A program made the translations under genes and the position numbers. A stretch of DNA of 64,000 nucleotides from Patescibacteria group bacterium. GTDB lineage: Bacteria; Patescibacteriota; Patescibacteriia; Patescibacteriales; UBA12465. Under the pieces are notes generated by a model, which was not told the origin of the DNA, ran no database searches, and was given only the letters and a program-made list of their open reading frames with translations. This document shows, in pieces, positions 57,054 through 64,000 of the stretch (positions are counted from its first letter, which is position 1; every line of letters begins with the position of its first letter). The stretch is from assembly GCA_050949505.1 (NCBI GenBank), contig JBMNFV010000001.1, forward strand, positions 445,625 to 509,624, written 5' to 3'.

Positions 57054-57719
57054 ATGAGACAAGCTAAACGACCAGGTAGAGCCGGGGAACGTCCTCGTTT
57101 CTCGGGGAGAAGTAATTTTCAACAAGGAGGTAGAGGGGAGAAGTTTAAGGCAATTTGCTCTGAATGTGGCCAAGATTGTTATCTACCCTTTAAACCTAGT
57201 TCACACAAGCCCGTCTATTGCGATACTTGCTTTCAGGGACATCGCTTAATTAATCCTCAAAAGTCTAGCCAATTTATTGCTAAGAAATTTCCTCAACTAG
57301 ACCAAGCGGAGCAACTGAGACTGCAAGAAAAATTAGAAATGATGAATGCTAAATTAGAAAAAATTTTAGAATTTGTTTCTCAAGTTTCTAGGCAAATCAA
57401 AGAACTAGAATTTCCTCAACCACAGGAGATTATCAAGCAAGCTAAGTCAGGAGCCAAAGAGCTCAAGAAAAACTTAGAAGACAAGCAGGCTAAGTTAAAG
57501 AGCATAAAAACTGATACCAAGAAATTAGGGCAAGAGCTAAAGCAAGATGCTAAGGTAATTAAAAAGGCAGCGGCTAAAGGAGCTAAAACTATTAGCAAAA
57601 CCATTGCCAAAGATGTTAAAAAGGTTAAGAAGGAGGTAAAAAAGATTGTTAAAGAGGTAAAGAAAACTCCCGCTAAAAAGGCCCCTGTCAAAAAAACTTC
57701 TGCTAAAGCTAAGAAATAG
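57054..57719 (+). CDS. hypothetical zinc-ribbon protein with Lys-rich coiled-coil tail
   Basis: CSECGQDCYL-x14-YCDTC (CxxC...CxxC treble-clef-like), then 130 aa of KELKKNLEDKQAKLK... repeats. Immediately downstream of znuACB. Confidence 0.55.
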   Translation: MRQAKRPGRAGERPRFSGRSNFQQGGRGEKFKAICSECGQDCYLPFKPSSHKPVYCDTCFQGHRLINPQKSSQFIAKKFPQLDQAEQLRLQEKLEMMNAKLEKILEFVSQVSRQIKELEFPQPQEIIKQAKSGAKELKKNLEDKQAKLKSIKTDTKKLGQELKQDAKVIKKAAAKGAKTISKTIAKDVKKVKKEVKKIVKEVKKTPAKKAPVKKTSAKAKK

Positions 57720-57742
57720 TTAAACTTACTTCAATTAGACTA

Positions 57743-57769
57743 AAAACTGACTCTTCGGGTCAGTTTTTT
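57743..57769 (+). terminator. rho-independent terminator
   Basis: aactgac-tcttcgg-gtcagtt followed by TTTTTTAG. Preceded by AATTAGACTA (57733-57742). Confidence 0.55.
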
Positions 57770-57865
57770 AGTTTACCCCTTGACATTTATTCCTAATTAC
57801 TCTAAACTGGGCAACAGTTTGTATTAATAGTAATTTAAAAAAAGCAGCCGGGGAGGGCTGAAAAA

Positions 57866-58078
57866 ATGAAAAAAGAAACAAAAACCGGCGTTATTAACGC
57901 CGACTTACTTACTTTTAAAACGCATTTGGTATTAACTGGACTTCGTCCCGGAGCTAGGGTTTATGAGTATCCTAATCCGACTGACGACTGCGTTAGTCCG
58001 GATTGTGTGGCCATCCAAAAAAGCCTAAAGGAGGAGCACTTTTATAGTGTTCCTAAAATAGCGGTTAATTGGGAGTAA
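57866..58078 (+). CDS. hypothetical small protein (70 aa)
   Basis: ORF with upstream aaaaaatgaaaaaag and a downstream terminator. No motif. Confidence 0.4.
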   Translation: MKKETKTGVINADLLTFKTHLVLTGLRPGARVYEYPNPTDDCVSPDCVAIQKSLKEEHFYSVPKIAVNWE

Positions 58079-58090
58079 TACAAAAAAACA

Positions 58091-58121
58091 AAGAGCATTG
58101 AAAAATTAATGCTCTTTTTTA
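58091..58121 (+). terminator. rho-independent terminator
   Basis: aagagcatt-gaaaaatt-aatgctctt followed by TTTTTT. Confidence 0.55.
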
Positions 58122-58194
58122 TTAGACTAAATTAGACTAGTCTGGCAGAGAGCTGGGGTCTAGTCTGGATTTTTTGCTTTATTTGTGCTAGACT
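58122..58194. repeat. cluster of four TTAGACT/AGTCTA motifs upstream of uvrB
   Basis: attagactaaattagactagtctgg (two TTAGACT copies 10 bp apart, the second forming palindrome TAGACTAGTCTg 58133-58144), ggtctagtctgg (58158-58169), gctagactagg (58188-58198). Confidence 0.65.
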
Positions 58195-58225
58195 AGGAGA
58201 AATATAAACAATAATTTAGAGAACT

Positions 58226-60061
58226 ATTAAGAAACTTTTTGACTTACAAGCTAACTTTAAGCCAGCTGGTGATCAACCAGAGGCAATTAATAAGCTGCTA
58301 GCTGGCCTAGAAGCAGGTTTTCAGGCACAAACCCTGTTGGGAGTTACTGGTTCAGGCAAGACCTTTACTATCGCTAATATTATTCAGCAGTTTAATAAAC
58401 CAGTCTTAGTAATTGCGCCTAACAAGTCCTTAGCGGCCCAACTGTACCGCGAGTATAAGAACTTTTTTCCCAATAATGCTGTTCATTACTTCGTTTCCTA
58501 TTACGACTATTATCAACCCGAGGCCTATCTGCCCACCACGGACACTTATATTGATAAAGAAGCAATGATTAATCAGGAAATAGATCGCTTACGTCACGGG
58601 GCTACCTCCGCCTTATTATCTCGTCGGGATGTAATTATTGTCGCCTCGGTTTCCTGTATCTATAATCTGGGGGTACCCCTAGCCTATCTTGATGCCCGAC
58701 TAGTCCTTAATGAGGGGCGAGCGATGGTCCGAGAGGATTTAATTAAACAATTAATCAAAATTCAATTTGAACGCACCACCGGAGAGATTAAACGAGGTCA
58801 ATTTAGAGTGAGGGGAGATATTTTTGAAATTAGACCTAAGTCTGAAAACCTGATCTACCGATTAAGCCTAGCGGAGCAAAAGATTTCCGCTATTAAGGTA
58901 ATTGACCTAGATACCAAGAATATTATCAATCAGTTAACTGAGATAGTCATTTTTCCCCCTCAACACTTTATCTCTACCGAGCCACAGCTAGCTAGTGCCT
59001 TAAAGAATATTAAGGCCGAACTAACCGATCGACTTAGTTATTTTAAACGCCAGGGATTATTATTAGAAGCCGAACGTCTAGAGCGCCGAACTAATTACGA
59101 CTTAGAAATGCTTCGCTCTCTAGGCTATTGTCACGGGGTAGAGAACTACTCTCGTCATCTTAGCGGTAAGTTGGCGGGAGAGGCTCCGGACTCCTTGTTG
59201 TCATATTTTCCTAAAAAAGATGGTCGGCCAGACTTTCTATTGGTAGTAGATGAGTCTCATTTAAGTCTTCCGCAAATTCGGGGAATGTACAATGGCGATC
59301 AAGCTCGGAAAAAGACCTTAGTGCAATATGGTTGGCGACTACCCTCAGCCCTAGATAATCGTCCTCTTAAATTTTCCGAATTTGAAGAAAGAATTAATCA
59401 AGCCATTTTTACCACCGCTACTCCCGGAGCCTACGAAAAAACTCATAGCCAACAAGTTGTAGAGCAAATGATTAGGCCAACTGGACTAGTTGATCCTGAG
59501 ATAGAAATTAGACCAGTCTTTGATGAGGCCAAAAACTACAGTCAGATTAATGATGTTATTTTAGAGATTAATAGGATTGCCAAATTAAAGGAACGAGCGA
59601 TTATTAATACCCTAACTAAACGTCAAGCGGAGGACTTAGACGCCTATTTAAAAACTCAAGGAATTAGGTCTAACTACCTGCACTCTGATATAAAAACTTT
59701 AGAACGAACTGAGATTCTAAAGAACTTTAGAGCTGGGGAATTTGATGTTTTAATTGGCGTTAACCTGCTCCGGGAAGGCTTAGACCTGCCAGAAGTGACC
59801 CTAGTGGCTATTTTAGATGCTGACCGAGAGGGTTTCTTGCGTAGTCAAACTGCTTTAATTCAAACCATGGGACGAGCCGCTAGAAATGTTAAGGGAAAAA
59901 TTATTCTCTACGCTGATAATACTACTGACTCCATTCGCCAAGCGGTCAAAGAGTCTAGTCGTCGTCGGAAAAAACAATTAGCCTATAATCAACAGCATCA
60001 AATCATTCCTCAGACTATTGATAAGAAAATTGAGGAGTGGTTAGACTTAACTACCAACTAA
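58226..60061 (+). CDS. uvrB: excinuclease ABC subunit B (UvrB), predicted non-AUG (ATT) start, lacks C-terminal UVR domain
   Basis: The in-frame translation upstream of the track start (TTG 58337) reads KKLFDLQANFKPAGDQPEAINKLLAGLEAGFQAQTLLGVTGSGKTF, which matches the UvrB N-terminus (E. coli [24 protein letters not shown]...). An in-frame TAG sits at 58217-58219 and there is no ATG, GTG or TTG between it and 58337. The only near-cognate start at the right position is ATT 58226. Confidence 0.8.
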   Translation: MKKLFDLQANFKPAGDQPEAINKLLAGLEAGFQAQTLLGVTGSGKTFTIANIIQQFNKPVLVIAPNKSLAAQLYREYKNFFPNNAVHYFVSYYDYYQPEAYLPTTDTYIDKEAMINQEIDRLRHGATSALLSRRDVIIVASVSCIYNLGVPLAYLDARLVLNEGRAMVREDLIKQLIKIQFERTTGEIKRGQFRVRGDIFEIRPKSENLIYRLSLAEQKISAIKVIDLDTKNIINQLTEIVIFPPQHFISTEPQLASALKNIKAELTDRLSYFKRQGLLLEAERLERRTNYDLEMLRSLGYCHGVENYSRHLSGKLAGEAPDSLLSYFPKKDGRPDFLLVVDESHLSLPQIRGMYNGDQARKKTLVQYGWRLPSALDNRPLKFSEFEERINQAIFTTATPGAYEKTHSQQVVEQMIRPTGLVDPEIEIRPVFDEAKNYSQINDVILEINRIAKLKERAIINTLTKRQAEDLDAYLKTQGIRSNYLHSDIKTLERTEILKNFRAGEFDVLIGVNLLREGLDLPEVTLVAILDADREGFLRSQTALIQTMGRAARNVKGKIILYADNTTDSIRQAVKESSRRRKKQLAYNQQHQIIPQTIDKKIEEWLDLTTN

Positions 60062-60063
60062 CT

Positions 60064-62619
60064 ATGCCATCATTTCAAGAAAAAATTAATATTCGGGGAG
60101 CCCGGATGCATAATTTAAAAAACATTAACTTAGATATACCACACCACCAATTAACCGTGATTACCGGGGTGTCTGGTAGTGGTAAGTCTTCCTTGGCTTT
60201 TGATACCCTATTTGCTGAGGGTCAGCGACAGTACGTAGAGTCCCTATCTCCTTATTTACGTCAATTTTTAGGCCAAAAAAAGCCCGCACAGGTTGATGAG
60301 ATTATTGGTCTAGCCCCCGCTATCTCTATTGACCAAAAAGCCCTCTCTCATAACCCTCGCTCAACGGTTGGCACCCTAACTGATATCTATGACTACCTAC
60401 GCGTCCTCTATGCCCGCGTGGGAGAAGTTTTTTGCCCTCAATGTGGGGAGCAGATAGAAAAGCTATCCCCTGAGGAAATGGTAGATATTATTATCAAGCG
60501 TGGTCAAGAGCTAAAAGAAGAATCGGTTAAAATTTTGTCACCCATAGTGCGGGGACGAAAAGGCGAACACTATCAAACTCTTTATAACTTTCTCTCCTTA
60601 GGCTATAGCGAGGTAAGGGTTGATGATCAAGTTCACTCTCTGCGAGATAATATTAAAATTAATCCTAAGCAAGCTCATAATCTAGAGATTATAATTGACC
60701 AAGTTTTAATTAAAGATGAAACGCGCCTTTTTGAAGCGGTAGAGAGCGCCCTGGAGGCTAGTCAGGGACTATTAATTGCTCAATATCAAGAAAAAGAATT
60801 CCTATTATCAACTAATTGGACTTGTCCGCGAGATAATTTTTCTTTCCCCGAACTAGAGCCTCGTCTTTTTTCTTTTAACTCTCCCTTTGGTGCTTGCCCT
60901 GAGTGTTCTGGTCTAGGGCGACTGAGCTTCTTTAAACCTGACCCTTGTCCGCTTTGCCAAGGAACCAGATTACGAGCCGAGGCCTTGGCCGTTAAGTTGC
61001 AGGGGAAGAGTATTGCTGACCTAGGAAAAATGTCTCTAGGTCAGGCCTTAGATTTTTTCAATAACTATTATGAGCACTTAGGTCAGCGAGAGCGGACTAT
61101 TGTTGAAAATGTTATTATTCAAATAATTAGTCGTCTAGAATTTTTATTAAAAGTTGGCCTACATTATCTTACTCTCGCTCGTGAGGCTCATTCCTTATCC
61201 GGCGGAGAAGCCCAAAGAATTAGACTAGCCTCACAAATAGGCTCTCAATTATCTCACACTCTCTATGTTCTTGATGAACCAACCATTGGTCTCCATGAGC
61301 GAGATACTGAAAAACTAATCGCTACTTTAAAAAAATTACGAGACAAGCATAATACAGTAGTGATAGTAGAGCATGATGAGAAAACTATTTCCGAGTCCGA
61401 CTACTTAGTGGATCTAGGGCCTCTAGCTGGAGTTCAGGGTGGGGAAGTGGTTGCCCATGGTCCCAGTCGGGAACTATTAAAACCGGCTGGAACTAAAAAA
61501 TTTCCCCGGTCCCTTACCCTAAAATACCTTAGTGGTCAGGATAGTATTCCCTTGCCAGCAACTCGCCGAACTAATAAGAGCGGGGAATTGAAAATTAGAG
61601 GAGCTCGGGCTAATAATTTAAAAAATTTAAATGTAAATATCCCCTTAGGTCGTTTGGTGGGTATTAGTGGAGTCTCTGGCTCAGGTAAGTCATCGCTTCT
61701 TTATAAGGTGATCTATGAAAACCTAATTAAACTAAAGCTTCGTCCAGGTCAAGCTAAACTAAGTGAAGTCAAGGAACTTAAAGGAGCGGAATATATCAAC
61801 AAGGTGGTGGTAATTAATCAATCACCTATTGGTCGCACTCCTCGCTCTAATCCCGCCACCTACACCGGCATCTTTACTCCAATTAGAGATTTCTATGCCT
61901 CCTTGCCTGAAGCTCGTGAACGAGCTTATGCTCCCGGTCGTTTTTCTTTTAATGTGGCCGGCGGACGTTGTGAGGCTTGTCAGGGAGCAGGCTTTAATTT
62001 AATAGAAATGCATTTTTTGCCACCTGTGTTAGTTGAATGTGAAATTTGTCGCGGTCAACGGTTTAACCGAGAAACTCTGCAAATTAAATATCAGGGAAAG
62101 AACATTGCTGATGTATTAGACCTAAGTATCACTGAGGCAATTAGTCTTTTTAAGGACCACTACCTGATTGTTGATAAGTTAAAAGTTTTACAATCAGTTG
62201 GCCTAGGCTATCTCAAGCTAGGCCAAAGCGCTACCACCTTGTCAGGCGGAGAAGCTCAACGAATCAAGATTGCCAAAGAGCTCACCCACACTCTGGGCAA
62301 GCGAACTCTATATCTACTAGATGAACCCACTACCGGTCTGCATTATCAGGATATAAAAATGCTCTTATCGGTTTTAAACAAACTGGTAGAGCGGGGTAAT
62401 TCCGTTTTAGTAATTGAACACAACCTGCACCTACTTAAGGCCTTGGATTATCTAATTGACCTTGGTCCTGATGGCGGTGACGAGGGTGGCCGACTCTTAG
62501 CCAGCGGTACCCCAGAGGAGCTAGCTAAAGACCCTAAGAGTCTGACCGGGCAATACCTTCTACCTTATCTAAAGGATAAGTTTATTAAGCGAAGCCCTAA
62601 TCAACCAATTAATCCTTAG
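60064..62619 (+). CDS. uvrA: excinuclease ABC subunit A (UvrA)
   Basis: Two ABC modules (GVSGSGKSSL x2, LSGGEAQRI x2) and Zn-finger CxxC pairs. Start ATG 60064 (MPSFQEK...), 2 nt after the uvrB stop. The track start at 60037 overlaps uvrB. Confidence 0.95.
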   Translation: MPSFQEKINIRGARMHNLKNINLDIPHHQLTVITGVSGSGKSSLAFDTLFAEGQRQYVESLSPYLRQFLGQKKPAQVDEIIGLAPAISIDQKALSHNPRSTVGTLTDIYDYLRVLYARVGEVFCPQCGEQIEKLSPEEMVDIIIKRGQELKEESVKILSPIVRGRKGEHYQTLYNFLSLGYSEVRVDDQVHSLRDNIKINPKQAHNLEIIIDQVLIKDETRLFEAVESALEASQGLLIAQYQEKEFLLSTNWTCPRDNFSFPELEPRLFSFNSPFGACPECSGLGRLSFFKPDPCPLCQGTRLRAEALAVKLQGKSIADLGKMSLGQALDFFNNYYEHLGQRERTIVENVIIQIISRLEFLLKVGLHYLTLAREAHSLSGGEAQRIRLASQIGSQLSHTLYVLDEPTIGLHERDTEKLIATLKKLRDKHNTVVIVEHDEKTISESDYLVDLGPLAGVQGGEVVAHGPSRELLKPAGTKKFPRSLTLKYLSGQDSIPLPATRRTNKSGELKIRGARANNLKNLNVNIPLGRLVGISGVSGSGKSSLLYKVIYENLIKLKLRPGQAKLSEVKELKGAEYINKVVVINQSPIGRTPRSNPATYTGIFTPIRDFYASLPEARERAYAPGRFSFNVAGGRCEACQGAGFNLIEMHFLPPVLVECEICRGQRFNRETLQIKYQGKNIADVLDLSITEAISLFKDHYLIVDKLKVLQSVGLGYLKLGQSATTLSGGEAQRIKIAKELTHTLGKRTLYLLDEPTTGLHYQDIKMLLSVLNKLVERGNSVLVIEHNLHLLKALDYLIDLGPDGGDEGGRLLASGTPEELAKDPKSLTGQYLLPYLKDKFIKRSPNQPINP

Positions 62620-62628
62620 GGTATGAAA

Positions 62629-62658
62629 AAACCCGTTTTGTCGAAACAAAACGGGTTT
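62629..62658 (+). terminator. hairpin terminator after uvrA
   Basis: aaacccgttttg-tcgaaa-caaaacgggttt perfect 12-bp stem. The U-tract is partly within the stem. Confidence 0.45.
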
Positions 62659-63044
62659 ATAAAGGAGGACTATGTTAAAATTTTTTTGAGTTGTGAGCAG
62701 GGTACACCCGGGTCGAGCAAATAAGCTATGTATTGTCCAAGTCGTCACTTGAAACAACAGCCTTATTATTATTTCGAGCGGGACCGGCTCAGATCAACTC
62801 ACTGTCCTCCTTTCTAAAGAACGGAAGCTAATTGAGAAGTTGGCAGAAACTTGAACTATCTACGCTGAGATGGGGTTTAGTTTGTTGCGACTTCTCTCAT
62901 TAACTAAGAATCATTATACACTAGATTGATATTATTGTCAAGAGGGAATTGGGGATAAGTCTTAATTGAACAATTATAGCAATGGTGGGTATAATTTAAG
63001 AAGATAAGATAATAGAGTTATTAATTAAAATATTATTTATTAGC

Positions 63045-64000
63045 CATGACCTTAGCTCAACTTAAAACCAAAGCTCAATCAGCTCCAAATTCTCCAGGAG
63101 TGTATTATTGGTACAATCAAGAGCAAGTAGTGATTTATGTGGGCCGAGCAATGAATCTAAGAAATAGGCTTAGTCAATATTTTTTGAAAAATATTAATTC
63201 TAAGACGGCTGAAATGATGAGCTTAGCTAGTAATTTAAAGTATCAAGAAACGGAAACCTTGCTAGACTCAATTATTTTAGAAGCTCGGGAGATAAAAAAA
63301 TATTGGCCTAAATATAATATCGTTGATCGCGATGATCGCTCCTTTCTTTACGTCGTTATTCCTAAAACCGACTATCCTAAGCCCATTATTGTTCGCGGTA
63401 CAGATTTACAGAAATTCCCCCTGGGTCAGAATCAAGTTTTTGGTCCCTATCAGTCTTATCATTTATTAAAAAGCGCCTTAAGATTAGTAAGAAGAGTTTT
63501 TCCCTATAGCACTTGTCGCCCTGGTCAAGGACAGGCCTGCTTTGATTATCAAATTGGCCTTTGTCCGGGAGTTTGTTTGAATAAGATAACGGTTAAGGAT
63601 TATCAAAAAAATATTAATCAATTAAGCGCGCTCTTAAGTGGCTCCAAAAAAAGACTATTAAGTCAATTACAACGAGATAATCCCGAAAAATTAAAAGCCC
63701 TCAAGCACTTACAGGATGTTTCCTTGTTGAGCCGAGAAAGCAATTTAGATGAACAGTTAGTTAATCGCCTAGAGGCTTATGATGTTTCTCACCTTCAGGG
63801 CCAGGAGACTTACGGAGCAATGGTTGTTTTTGAAAATGGTCAAGCTAATCCTAAAGAATACCGACTGTTTAAAATTAAGCAAGCCCCTCCAGGAGATGAT
63901 GAACGGGCCTTGGAGGAAATGCTTAAAAGGCGCTTAGCTCACCCAGAATGGCCACTGCCGGAGTTAATAATCATTGATGGTGGTCGTCCGCAGGTTAGTT
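63045..64000 (+). CDS. uvrC: excinuclease ABC subunit C (UvrC), N-terminal part (3' end outside the window)
   Basis: GIY-YIG domain MTLAQLKTKAQSAPNSPGVYYWYNQEQVVIYVGRAMNLRNRLSQYF..., later CxxxC. Not in the ORF track because no stop falls within the window. Confidence 0.85.

Noticed and set aside
60037-60063. ORF-track start of uvrA at 60037
   Set aside because: It overlaps the uvrB stop. The conserved UvrA N-terminus (MPSFQEKINIRGARMHNLKNI) begins at ATG 60064, 2 nt after the uvrB stop.
1-64000. Search for CRISPR arrays, cas genes, transposases, integrases and phage genes
   Set aside because: No regularly spaced repeats of 24-40 bp were seen. No ORF shows DDE/HUH transposase, tyrosine or serine recombinase, RT, capsid, terminase or Cas signatures. 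The only repeat families are the short TAGACT-type intergenic motifs and the 12-bp direct repeats described above.

Overview
This 64 kb window appears to be a chromosomal segment of a low-GC, reduced-genome bacterium that uses the standard genetic code (TGA, TAA and TAG all act as stops). Its gene content resembles Candidate Phyla Radiation (Patescibacteria) organisms: an archaeal-type class I aldolase, a pyruvate kinase lacking the regulatory C-domain, a PIN-PhoH protein, a LemA-TPM pair, and very large secreted proteins with lamin-tail and LamG domains. Most of the window is densely packed housekeeping genes on the + strand: ackA (partial), pyk, eno, rlmH, hup, an ECF sigma module, parAB, dnaE, ftsW/rodA, rplY, prfA-prmC, rpmE, greA, lysS, znuACB, and a contiguous uvrB-uvrA-uvrC cluster. 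It also holds RNase P RNA (type A), tRNA-Leu(CAA), tRNA-Gln(CTG), and two separate glycan-assembly clusters (an initiating phosphoglycosyltransferase, glycosyltransferases, a Wzx flippase, and Wzy_C ligase-like proteins). No CRISPR array, transposase or integrase was found. Points worth following up:
- A dispersed TTAGACT / AGTCTA intergenic motif, present as 13-16 bp palindromes and 10-bp-phased direct repeats. It is densest upstream of a small HTH gene that is itself bracketed by 12-bp direct repeats and 24-bp inverted repeats, and it recurs upstream of uvrB, hup, an alkylation-repair operon and prfA.
- uvrB needs a non-AUG (ATT) start codon to encode its conserved N-terminus.
- A class II Fic protein with a palindromic operator, followed by two paralogous small two-TM 'WW' proteins, one of which is missing from the ORF track.
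- A tRNA-Gln-adjacent islet of uncharacterised genes with a leaderless wHTH regulator.
- A giant secreted protein combining a permuted NlpC/P60-like domain with two LTD and two LamG domains.
- A Ser/Thr-rich repeat surface protein next to a Wzy_C+TPR enzyme, which suggests protein O-glycosylation.
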